A DNA stretch of 10,837 nt from Chthoniobacteraceae bacterium (GTDB lineage: Bacteria; Verrucomicrobiota; Verrucomicrobiia; Chthoniobacterales; Chthoniobacteraceae). The notes beneath the pieces were generated by a model. That model saw only the letters and a program-made list of their open reading frames with translations. It had not been told where the DNA came from and ran no database searches. The stretch spans positions 1 to 10,837 of the forward strand of contig JBEBGD010000148.1 in NCBI GenBank assembly GCA_040081625.1, given 5' to 3'. Shown here piece after piece: positions 1-7,058 of the stretch; the first letter of the stretch is position 1; each line of letters begins with the position of its first letter. The translations under genes and the position numbers were made by a program.

Positions 1-2
1 GC

Positions 3-674
3 TTCATCATATGTATAAACAATATTTTTATTCGCAACCGGATTTCCAGAACCATCAACACCACGATTCGTTCCGCCTTTGCCTTTTTTGCTGCCGACAC
101 CGGCGGCGCATCCGGCGGTGGCGAGCCACCGAAACCCGCCGCTGAGGACGAGCCGGCCACGCTCGCCGAGGCCAAGGCCGCGCTGAAAACGGCGCGTGAA
201 AATATCGCCGCCGCCGCGCTCGCGCTGACTAAAGCGCAGGACGATACGAAGGCCGCGACCGATCTGCTCGAGACAGTCACGAAGGAGCGCGACGATGCGC
301 GGACCGAACTCGCCGACGCGAAGGGCAAGCTCGTTACCGCAGAAGCGTCGGGCGTTTCGCTCACTGCAATCACGGGCGCGTTAAAAAATTCGCTCGCGCT
401 TTCCGACGAGCAAGTCGGCAAGCTCGGCACCGATGCCGCGACGATCATTCCCGCCGCCATCGAAAACCTCGCCGGGCGCAAGGCCGTCGAGATCGCCGCG
501 AGCCAGGGCGTGCCGCCCGTCCGCACCGATCCCGCGAAGACCGGTGCCGAGGACGAAGTGAAAGCCGCCTTCGCGCTCGCCGCCGCCGAGCCCGACCCTC
601 GCAAGAAAGGCGAACTCTTCGCCAAGGCCCGCGAGCGCCTCGCCGCCTCCGCCAAAAGAGTCGGCTCCAACTGA
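3..674 (+). CDS. Putative capsid scaffolding protein, 5' end missing (phage-like coding from about nt 66)
   Basis: Frame 3 is open from 3 to TGA 672-674 with no ATG, so it is absent from the ORF track. It reads ...IRSAFAFFAADTGGASGGGEPPKPAAEDEPATLAEAKAALKTARENI...AASQGVPPV...KGELFAKARERLAASAKRVGSN*. Ala/Glu/Lys-rich helical protein with GC3-rich codons, directly upstream of the capsid gene. Confidence 0.7.
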   Translation, partial: FIICINNIFIRNRISRTINTTIRSAFAFFAADTGGASGGGEPPKPAAEDEPATLAEAKAALKTARENIAAAALALTKAQDDTKAATDLLETVTKERDDARTELADAKGKLVTAEASGVSLTAITGALKNSLALSDEQVGKLGTDAATIIPAAIENLAGRKAVEIAASQGVPPVRTDPAKTGAEDEVKAAFALAAAEPDPRKKGELFAKARERLAASAKRVGSN

Positions 675-680
675 GCGGCC

Positions 681-687
681 TTTGACA
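681..687 (+). promoter_or_regulatory. TTTGACA motif copy 1 (candidate late promoter element) upstream of MCP
   Basis: Intergenic TTTGACA, 39 nt before ATG 727; one of five copies, all at gene boundaries. Confidence 0.6.
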
Positions 688-726
688 CTTCCGCGCCACC
701 AAACTTCACCCACGCCCAAACCCAAC

Positions 727-1844
727 ATGAAAATCCGCCCGCTCATCATCCTCGCCCTCGCAGTGCTCGCGATCTCACCGCCGCTCGCGAATCCGGCCTC
801 GCCGCCGGCTTCGTCACATGGCTCGTGCTGGACGTCGCCGTGCTCGCGATCGCTTCGTCTCTGCTCGGCATCCGCCGCCAGGGCGCGCTCTTCGTGACGA
901 CCAACTCGCTCGGCACGCTCGCCGCGACCGGCGTCTTTCACGACGCGCTCGCGCTCACCCTCAAGCGTCTGCCGTTCATCGCCCGGCTGTGCAGCGACAT
1001 CGGCCCCACGATGGGCTTCCGTGGGATGCCGTTCAATGTCGCGCAGACGCTCAAGAACTACAACGTGTCGCACACGGTCAGCGACCGCGCGACCACCGGC
1101 ACCTATGCGAAACAGGCCGGCATCGACGCACTGGCGAATCAGAGCTTCACGCTCAACAAGTGGCCCTACATTTCGTTCAGCTTCACGCTCACCGAGCTGA
1201 ATCAGATTGTCGATAGCGCGACCAACGCCGACGCCCGCCCGGTCATCATCGACAAGATCATGACGAAGGCGTTCAACGCGATGGCGATCAACATCGTTAC
1301 CGACTTCCTCGCCGAGATCACCGCCGCGAAGTTCCCCACGAACACACAAGTCATGGCCGCCGCGACGGCCGACCACAAAAAGCTCGGCGCTACCGTCGAT
1401 GTGATGCTCGGCACCGACACGCTCATGCAGGCCCCGGACGCGATCCTCAGCATCGCCACCTTCCGCGCCCTGGCGAACGGCCTCACCGCCATCGCGAACA
1501 ACACCTACAACGCCGGCGACATCATCCGCACCGGCGTGCTGAACGAAGGGGTGTCGGGCGCGGCCAGCGTCACGCGCTACAACCTCACCATGCCGGGCGA
1601 CGCCGCCAACGGCGTGCTCTTCGATCCGATGGCGATGCTCTTCGCCAACCGCGTCCCGATCGAGGAGGAACTGCCCGGCAGCGGCATCTATCGCGAGATC
1701 ATCACCGATCCCGCCACCGGCTTCTCCGTCATGATCCGCGAGGCCCAGGACCCGATGACTGGCGAGGTCACCCGCACCCTCACCACGCTCTACGGCTTCG
1801 CGCCCGGCCTCGAGAAGCACCTCGTGCGCATCATCGAGAGCTAA
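727..1844 (+). CDS. Major capsid protein (HK97 fold, P22-coat-like) with hydrophobic N-terminal leader; 1-nt frameshift near 774
   Basis: Frame 3 ORF 825-1844 has capsid-like features (TNSLGTLAAT... start, C-terminal DPATGFSVMIREAQDPMTGEVTRTLTTLYGFAPG...LVRI), a typical size, and follows the scaffold. ATG 727 (frame 1, MKIRPLIILALAVLAI) joins frame 3 (LTAARESGLAAGFVTWLVLDVAVLAIASSLLG) if one base is restored at ATC^TCACC, giving about 372 aa. Confidence 0.82.
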
Positions 1845-1865
1845 GTCACCCGCGCCCTATCCACC

Positions 1866-1895
1866 GGCCGCGAGCCCGCAAGGGCCGCGGCCTTT
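1866..1895 (+). terminator. GNRA-loop hairpin after MCP (weak terminator or mRNA-stabilising hairpin)
   Basis: GGCCGCG-A-GCCC / GCAA loop / GGGC-CGCGGCC, followed by only TTT. Confidence 0.6.
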
Positions 1896-1923
1896 GGGGT
1901 CGAAAGCCATCACCATCCACACC

Positions 1924-2538
1924 ATGAACAAAACTCGAAACCTCATCCTCGCGCTCGCCTTGCTCGCCGTCTCCGCCATCCCGGTGAAGGCCCTCGTCGA
2001 GAATCAATCCTTCGGAATCTTCGGCGTGGCTCCGGTCACCTCGCAGCCGAGCGGTGCCGCCCAGGCCGCGCTCACCAACAGCACCGGCGGCTCCACGGCC
2101 AACGCGACTCTCGCCGCCGCCGCGCTGACTGAAAGCAGTGGCGCGATCGGCGGCACGAACGACGCCGACCTTCCCGACCTCACCGCGACCGCCGCGACGC
2201 TCACCGGCTCGCTGACCGGCACCGCGAACGGCTCCCTCGCGGATGTCGCCGCCGCCGCCGCCGCCACCGCAGGCAGCGCCGAGCCGAGCGCAGCGCAAGT
2301 CGATGCCGGCATTGCGACTGCGGTCGCGACCATCGTCACAGGAGTGAACGAACAGAACAAGGAAATGCAGGCGCAGATCAACGCGCTCATCGCCGACAAC
2401 GTCGCCCTGCGTGCCTCGATCCGCGAGGTCGCCGCCGCGCACAACACCGGCAACAGCAACACCGCGAAGACCTCTGTGCTCGTCAACGCGCTGCGCACAG
2501 TCCTGGTCAATCTCGGGCTCTGCAAGGGCGGCGCCTAA
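1924..2538 (+). CDS. Putative head fibre/decoration protein with N-terminal signal peptide
   Basis: ATG 1924: MNKTRNLILALALLAVSAIPVKA|LVEN (basic n-region, hydrophobic h-region, V-x-A cleavage). Ala/Thr/Gly-rich body, a coiled coil, and C-terminal VNALRTVLVNLGLCKGGA resembling phage head-fibre ends. Lies directly after the MCP. Confidence 0.6.
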   Translation: MNKTRNLILALALLAVSAIPVKALVENQSFGIFGVAPVTSQPSGAAQAALTNSTGGSTANATLAAAALTESSGAIGGTNDADLPDLTATAATLTGSLTGTANGSLADVAAAAAATAGSAEPSAAQVDAGIATAVATIVTGVNEQNKEMQAQINALIADNVALRASIREVAAAHNTGNSNTAKTSVLVNALRTVLVNLGLCKGGA

Positions 2539-2550
2539 TCTCATCGCGCT

Positions 2551-3231
2551 GTGATCCAATATCACCTTCTCCTCGCCCGCAAACACGGCGCCGCCAAAGC
2601 CGAGGCGCTGCTTGTGAGCTTCGAGGACCGCGCACCGATCCAGCTCGCCTACGACGAAGTCACCGGCCCGCGTGTCGCCGCCTTTGCCGCGGACTTCGCC
2701 GAGGTGCTCTACGTCAGCGATGGCACCGTGCTCGCCCATCACGAGTTTCCCGATCCCGCCACGGTCGAGGCCGCCCGCCAGCGCAAGGCGCTCGCCGAGG
2801 CACGCGAACTCCAGGCCGCGCACGACAAGGCAAAAGCCGCGATGGATGCCGCCTCTCGCGACGCGAAGACCGCGCTCGACGGTCTGAAAAAACTCACGGC
2901 CGAGCAAAAGCATCTGCTCGCCGCCGACGCAAAAGCGCAGACCGAACGCGAGGCCGCCGCTGCCAAAGCCCAGACCGAACGCGAGGCCACCGCCGCAAAG
3001 GCTCGCGAGGAAGCCGAGGCCGCCTCCGCAAAGGCCAAGGCCGATGCCGAGGAGGCTGCGCGCGTCGCCGCCGACGAGGCCGCGAAACTCTCCGCCGCCA
3101 CTTCACTGCCGCCGGTGCTCACCGACGACGAGCTGCTCGAACTCGCTGTCTCCCTCAAAATCGATGTGCCCGCCTCCGCGACCCGCCCGCAGATCGAGGC
3201 GCTCGTCGCGCAGGCGCAGGCAGCTCCCTGA
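2551..3231 (+). CDS. Head-module protein: Ala/Glu/Lys coiled coil plus C-terminal HeH/Rho-N/SAP-like helical domain
   Basis: GTG start, 226 aa, GC3-rich codons; C-terminus LTDDELLELAVSLKIDVPASATRPQIEALV fits a helix-extension-helix pattern. Confidence 0.65.
   Translation: MIQYHLLLARKHGAAKAEALLVSFEDRAPIQLAYDEVTGPRVAAFAADFAEVLYVSDGTVLAHHEFPDPATVEAARQRKALAEARELQAAHDKAKAAMDAASRDAKTALDGLKKLTAEQKHLLAADAKAQTEREAAAAKAQTEREATAAKAREEAEAASAKAKADAEEAARVAADEAAKLSAATSLPPVLTDDELLELAVSLKIDVPASATRPQIEALVAQAQAAP
2929..3060 (+). repeat. Four degenerate 33-bp tandem repeats (11-aa units) inside the coiled-coil gene
   Basis: Units start at 2929, 2962, 2995 and 3028: AKAQTEREAAA / AKAQTEREATA / AKAREEAEAAS / AKAKADAEEAA. 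Confidence 0.8.
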
Positions 3232-3260
3232 TTTTTTAGTCGCCAGCCTCTTGGTTGAGG

Positions 3261-3302
3261 GCGGGCCGGTGCGTGCCATTTCGCGCCGGCCCGTTTCTTT
3301 TT
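3261..3302 (+). terminator. Rho-independent terminator ending the head operon
   Basis: 13-bp stem GCGGGCCGGTGCG / CGCGCCGGCCCGT (two G-U pairs), 8-nt loop, then TTCTTTTT. Confidence 0.85.
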
Positions 3303-3352
3303 GCGGCGGGCGCGGCGGGCTGAACCGGGGGGAACGGCTCGCCGCGCCGAGG

Positions 3353-3359
3353 TTTGACA
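3353..3359 (+). promoter_or_regulatory. TTTGACA motif copy 2
   Basis: Follows the terminator and lies 15 nt before SD-less ATG 3375. Confidence 0.7.
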
Positions 3360-3374
3360 GCACGGCACAGGCAC

Positions 3375-3707
3375 ATGGACGCCGCTTCCCTTCTCGAATT
3401 CGACGACGTCGCGCAGGCCGACTTCGAGGCCTGCTATCCGGCCAGCGTCACCTTTCCCGGCATCACCGATCCCGTCGCGTGCGCCGGCGGCGCCGTGCGC
3501 CAGCTCTCGCTCGGCTTCATCTCCGGCGGCGGCCTGGGCGAGTTTGATCTCGCCTTCCGCGTCCGCAAGGCGCGGCTGAACAACGTGCCCCCCGAAGTCG
3601 GCGCGCTCATCACCTTTCAGGCAAAGCTCTGGCGCATCATGCGCGCGACCGACAGCGCCGCGTCCGTGGCTTACGCCGTCCACTGCGGCAATCCGAACGC
3701 ACGATGA
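3375..3707 (+). CDS. Putative head-tail joining/head-closure protein (gpFII-like)
   Basis: 110 aa, MDAASLLEFDD...GGGLGEFDLAFRVRKARL...PPEVGALITFQAKLWRI...; size, beta-rich pattern and position fit. Confidence 0.6.
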   Translation: MDAASLLEFDDVAQADFEACYPASVTFPGITDPVACAGGAVRQLSLGFISGGGLGEFDLAFRVRKARLNNVPPEVGALITFQAKLWRIMRATDSAASVAYAVHCGNPNAR

Positions 3708-3958
3708 GCGCCGACGTCGAAGACCTCACCCTCGCGGAGCGCGCTGTCGGCGCGGTGCCGTGCAAGGCGCGTGCCTTCCGCCTGCAGCATCGCCAGTTCC
3801 GTCTCTCGCTCGTCGGCTACAGCGCCGCGCCGCTCGAAGTCGAGGCCGCCTACGCGCAGCTAGTCGAGGTGACGAGGCATCGCGGCGGCCCCTACGAAAC
3901 CGAGACGCAGACGTGCCGCTGTTGCGGCGAAGTCGTCTTCACCGCCGATCATTCGTGA
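3704..3958 (+). CDS. Small hypothetical protein with C-terminal CRCCG motif
   Basis: 84 aa; ATGA overlap with the previous gene and GTGA overlap with the next. Confidence 0.65.
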   Translation: MSADVEDLTLAERAVGAVPCKARAFRLQHRQFRLSLVGYSAAPLEVEAAYAQLVEVTRHRGGPYETETQTCRCCGEVVFTADHS

Positions 3959-4434
3959 AAGCCCGACAGCTCGCCGCCGAGTTCATCCGCATCTTCGCGC
4001 TCGACCAGGCTGCCTTTCCCGCCGCCGACGTGAACCTGCGCGCCGAGCAGGAAACCGAGGAGCTGCCACAGGACGCCGCTGGCGCGGATCTCTACCGCCC
4101 GCACACGATCGTCTTCGACGTGAGCGTCACGCCGCTCGACCAGGGCGGCACGATCCTCCGCTACGCGCTCAACGCAATGGTCGAATCGAAACCGCAGGAC
4201 ACCACGGGAGAAGCGCACGCCGATCTCGCGGAGAAAGTCCGCCGGAAATTCTTCGGCACTGCCGCGGCGGATCTCGCCACGGCGAAAGAGACGATGACCG
4301 CGGCGATGCTGAGCGGCGGCAAGTTCAGCCTGCGCGGCTACGATGCCGGCGCGGGCGATGCGATCGATCCAAGCGTGGAGAATTCGCTCTTCCGCACCGT
4401 CGTTCCGATCCGCGGCATCGCCCTGCTCGTTTGA
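3955..4434 (+). CDS. Putative tail terminator/tail completion protein
   Basis: GTG 3955 overlaps the upstream TGA; 159 aa (MKARQLAAEFIRIF...FRTVVPIRGIALLV). Size and position before the tube genes fit; the track's start at 3760 is over-extended. Confidence 0.55.
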   Translation: MKARQLAAEFIRIFALDQAAFPAADVNLRAEQETEELPQDAAGADLYRPHTIVFDVSVTPLDQGGTILRYALNAMVESKPQDTTGEAHADLAEKVRRKFFGTAAADLATAKETMTAAMLSGGKFSLRGYDAGAGDAIDPSVENSLFRTVVPIRGIALLV

Positions 4435-4436
4435 CA
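4430..4436 (+). promoter_or_regulatory. TTTGACA motif copy 3 (contains the upstream stop codon)
   Basis: The TGA at 4432-4434 is the upstream stop; the motif lies 16 nt before ATG 4453. Confidence 0.7.
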
Positions 4437-4452
4437 ATCCGCGGCTGATTGT

Positions 4453-4839
4453 ATGACCCGCAACCTCACCATCACCTGGGACGGCGCGACCGCTCTCCTC
4501 AAGACGCTCGCGCTCGAAGGCGAGTTGGAGTCCGTCATCGACGCCACCTTCGCCGCCGGCAACAACCAACAGCTCAACGTCACGGTGGACGTGGACAAAG
4601 TCGTCGCGCTGCTGCTCATCGCCGACAAGGATTGCTTGGTCGAGACGAACAGCGGCAGCTCGCCGGTGAACGTCTTCACGCTCACCGCTGGCAAGCCGTT
4701 CCTTTTCGTCGCCTACGGCTCGCTCGCGCTGCGCGACACGGGCAACACCGCCGTCACCGTGGACATCACCGGCCTATTCGTCACGACGACCGAAGAGACG
4801 CGCCTGCAAGGCCGCATCCTCACCGACGCCACCCCGTAA
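4453..4839 (+). CDS. Beta-rich virion structural protein, function unknown
   Basis: 128 aa, Thr/Val-rich, strong GC3 bias, preceded by TTTGACA. Confidence 0.7.
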   Translation: MTRNLTITWDGATALLKTLALEGELESVIDATFAAGNNQQLNVTVDVDKVVALLLIADKDCLVETNSGSSPVNVFTLTAGKPFLFVAYGSLALRDTGNTAVTVDITGLFVTTTEETRLQGRILTDATP

Positions 4840-4842
4840 TCC

Positions 4843-5169
4843 ATGACCTTCGCGATCCATCACGGCGTCACGTATCACACCGGCACGGCGGTCCAGTCGG
4901 TCGAGCGCAAGTTCACGCAGGAGCGCAGCGACGTGCTCGGCATGGTTGATGGCCGCACGGAGATCATCAAAAGTTTCGGCCACACCTCGAAGGGCGAGGG
5001 CACCGTGACCGGCAAGGGCGACATCACCGTTTCGCCGGGCTTCGCGGAATCGAACGTCGCGGGCTTCACCGGCGGCAAGACACACATCGGCGAAGTGGGC
5101 GACAAGGAAACGCTCGGCACGGAAGCTGAGTGGACCTTCAGCTTCACGCATCTGCCGCACGCGTCGTGA
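4843..5169 (+). CDS. Putative minimal tail tube (major tail) protein
   Basis: 108 aa, Gly/Thr-rich alternating beta pattern ending AEWTFSFTHLP; lies upstream of the chaperone genes. Confidence 0.5.
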   Translation: MTFAIHHGVTYHTGTAVQSVERKFTQERSDVLGMVDGRTEIIKSFGHTSKGEGTVTGKGDITVSPGFAESNVAGFTGGKTHIGEVGDKETLGTEAEWTFSFTHLPHAS

Positions 5170-5666
5170 TCGAGTTCCGCCCGGTCAACCCGGAGCGCCC
5201 GCTCGCCGTCGGGCAGTCGGGCCGCGAGATCACCGAAGTCGTCGCCGTCGATCCGCCTGGCATCGTCTGCGAGGAATCCATTTTCGTGAATGCCGTCACG
5301 ACGCTCGGCATCCCGCTCGTCGATTTCGCGGAGATCCACGAGGAGATCGAAGGCCGCATCGTGCGCAAGCTCGTGTGGCGCCTCGAGCTGCTCGCCGTCG
5401 AGACCGCCGTGCCGCGCTACACGCTCGCGGAGCTGCGCGCGAAGTGGACGGATGCGAAGTGGCTCACCGAACATCCGGCGCACGAGCTGGCGCTCATCAA
5501 GGCCGCGTCCGACAACCTTCTCCGCTTTGCCGAGCGCGCCCGCTTGCAGCCCTGGCTGTGGCGCTTCGCGAAAAGTTCGCCCGGTCGCAAGGCCGCCGTC
5601 TTCATCCCGTCAACGGCGGGCGAGGAAGAGCGCGCGAAGTGGCTCGCGGAACTCGCCGCGGCATGA
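5166..5666 (+). CDS. Hypothetical tail-region protein
   Basis: GTG 5166 overlaps the upstream stop (GTGA); 166 aa; ATGA overlap with the next gene. Confidence 0.65.
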   Translation: MIEFRPVNPERPLAVGQSGREITEVVAVDPPGIVCEESIFVNAVTTLGIPLVDFAEIHEEIEGRIVRKLVWRLELLAVETAVPRYTLAELRAKWTDAKWLTEHPAHELALIKAASDNLLRFAERARLQPWLWRFAKSSPGRKAAVFIPSTAGEEERAKWLAELAAA

Positions 5667-6100
5667 GCGATCCGCACGCACTCACTCGCGACGAGGTGCT
5701 CGATGCCGAGTTCACCCGACCGCCGTTGCCCGGCCAGCGGTTGCTCTCCGCCGGCATCTTCCGCATCGCGCGCGCGATCGGCCTCGCCTTTGCGCTGCCG
5801 TCGAAAGAGCGCGCGAAGCTCAGCGAAGCGGAATCCGATCGCGAGATGATCGCGGTCGCCTGGCTGCTCGATGCGGGCACTCCGCTCCTCGACATCCAGC
5901 GCGCGGGCGAAATGAGCCGCGACGATTTCTTCGCGCAGATCATCGCGCCTTACGAGTTCACGATCGGCCCGGAGCGCATCGCGCTCGCGAAAGCCGAGCT
6001 GGCGCGCACGAACTCCGCGGTCGAGGCCGCGCTCTACGTCATCGCGCCGAAACCCCAGCGTCCCGGCGATCCGCCGCCGGAACCGCCGGGAAAATCCTAG
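5663..6100 (+). CDS. Tail assembly chaperone (lambda gpG-equivalent)
   Basis: ATG 5663, 145 aa helical protein ending PPPEPPGKS*, with in-frame slippery G GGA AAA just before TAG. Confidence 0.8.
   Translation: MSDPHALTRDEVLDAEFTRPPLPGQRLLSAGIFRIARAIGLAFALPSKERAKLSEAESDREMIAVAWLLDAGTPLLDIQRAGEMSRDDFFAQIIAPYEFTIGPERIALAKAELARTNSAVEAALYVIAPKPQRPGDPPPEPPGKS
6088..6094 (+). other. Programmed -1 ribosomal frameshift site G GGA AAA
   Basis: X XXY YYZ heptamer correctly phased, one codon before the stop; the -1 frame is open to 6339. Compare lambda G/T GGGAAAG. Confidence 0.85.
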
Positions 6101-6339
6101 AGCCTGCCTGGCTCGCCGCGCAGGTGGCTCCGTTCGTCTGCGGCGAAAACGGCAGCATCCGCGATCTCGATCACGTGACGTGGCACGTCCGCTTCACGGT
6201 GCTCATGCAGCTCATCCATTGCCGCCTGCGCGGGCGCGACGTGTGGACGCTCGCGCCCGGCGAATCCGGCGCCGCCATCGCCGATCGCGCCGCCGCAGTG
6301 ATGGCATCTGCGCCCGCGGCCTTGCCCTGGCAAACATGA
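6094..6339 (+). CDS. gpT-equivalent extension of the chaperone (G-T fusion about 225 aa)
   Basis: The -1 frame reads ILEPAWLAAQVAPFVCGENG...AALPWQT*, has no start codon at its 5' end, and its stop overlaps ATG 6336. Confidence 0.78.
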   Translation: MLEPAWLAAQVAPFVCGENGSIRDLDHVTWHVRFTVLMQLIHCRLRGRDVWTLAPGESGAAIADRAAAVMASAPAALPWQT

Positions 6340-7058
6340 AAGCGACCTTCACGCTCAACAAGGATACCGTCGCAGCTTACAAGAAAGCCTTCCGCGAGAT
6401 GGCTGCGGTGATGGGTAAGAACGATCCTGAGTCGCTGCAAAAGCTCGCGCTGCTGAGCGGTCGCCGCGTCGTGAAAAACATCGTGGACATCACGCCGCCG
6501 GCCAAAGGCAAAGCCGACGCTAGCGCCCGCAAGCGCGGCGAGCAGGCGATCCTGAATGACATCCTGCGCATCGCGATCCCGGTGACTGCCACGTCCGCGA
6601 AGAAAGCCGGGCAGACGATCGCCGACGGCGAGCAGCTCGCCGAGACCTACCGCCGTTCGCTCGTGCGTGGCGGCGGATCGAGCGGGCACCGCGTGAACCC
6701 TCGCAGTCGAAAGCATCGGCTGCTCGTGCGCCGCGACGAATTCATGGCGTTCGCGAAGCTCATTCACGGCTACGTCGGCTGGCTCTGCGCCGGGCTCAAT
6801 GCCGCGGCCTCGAAGCTCGGATTTAAGCTGCCGCAATGGATCACGAGGCACGGCCAGAAATACGGCAAGATCGAGATCAAGAGCAGCCCGAGCGGCATCA
6901 GGATTCGCTTCCTGCAAGATGTCCCGTTCGCTGATGCGGTCGCCGGCTACGCGCGAAAATGGAATTGGGCGCTGCAAAAAGAAGTCAAGGCGCTGCTGAA
7001 TCAGGCCAAGGCCGTCGTGCGGAAGCGCGCGCGGAAGACGGGGCTGAAACTGAAGTGA
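6336..7058 (+). CDS. Basic virion morphogenesis/neck protein (HK97 gp10 / lambda gpZ / Mu gpG-like)
   Basis: ATG 6336 (ATGA overlap), 240 aa, Lys/Arg-rich, with an N-terminal helix followed by a DITPP motif. Confidence 0.55.
   Translation: MKATFTLNKDTVAAYKKAFREMAAVMGKNDPESLQKLALLSGRRVVKNIVDITPPAKGKADASARKRGEQAILNDILRIAIPVTATSAKKAGQTIADGEQLAETYRRSLVRGGGSSGHRVNPRSRKHRLLVRRDEFMAFAKLIHGYVGWLCAGLNAAASKLGFKLPQWITRHGQKYGKIEIKSSPSGIRIRFLQDVPFADAVAGYARKWNWALQKEVKALLNQAKAVVRKRARKTGLKLK

Noticed and set aside
672..775. Possible TGA readthrough fusing scaffold and MCP (same frame, open between them)
   Set aside because: Frame 3 in 675-770 has poor codon usage while frame 1 from ATG 727 is clearly coding; a single-base loss is the simpler explanation.
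682..897. 71-aa ORF as a standalone secreted peptide or holin
   Set aside because: Only MKIRPLIILALAVLAI is protein-like; the rest is off-frame to the capsid leader, and the TTG start is part of the TTTGACA motif.
2248..2265. (GCC)6 microsatellite
   Set aside because: In-frame poly-Ala in a GC-rich gene; it cannot cause phase variation.
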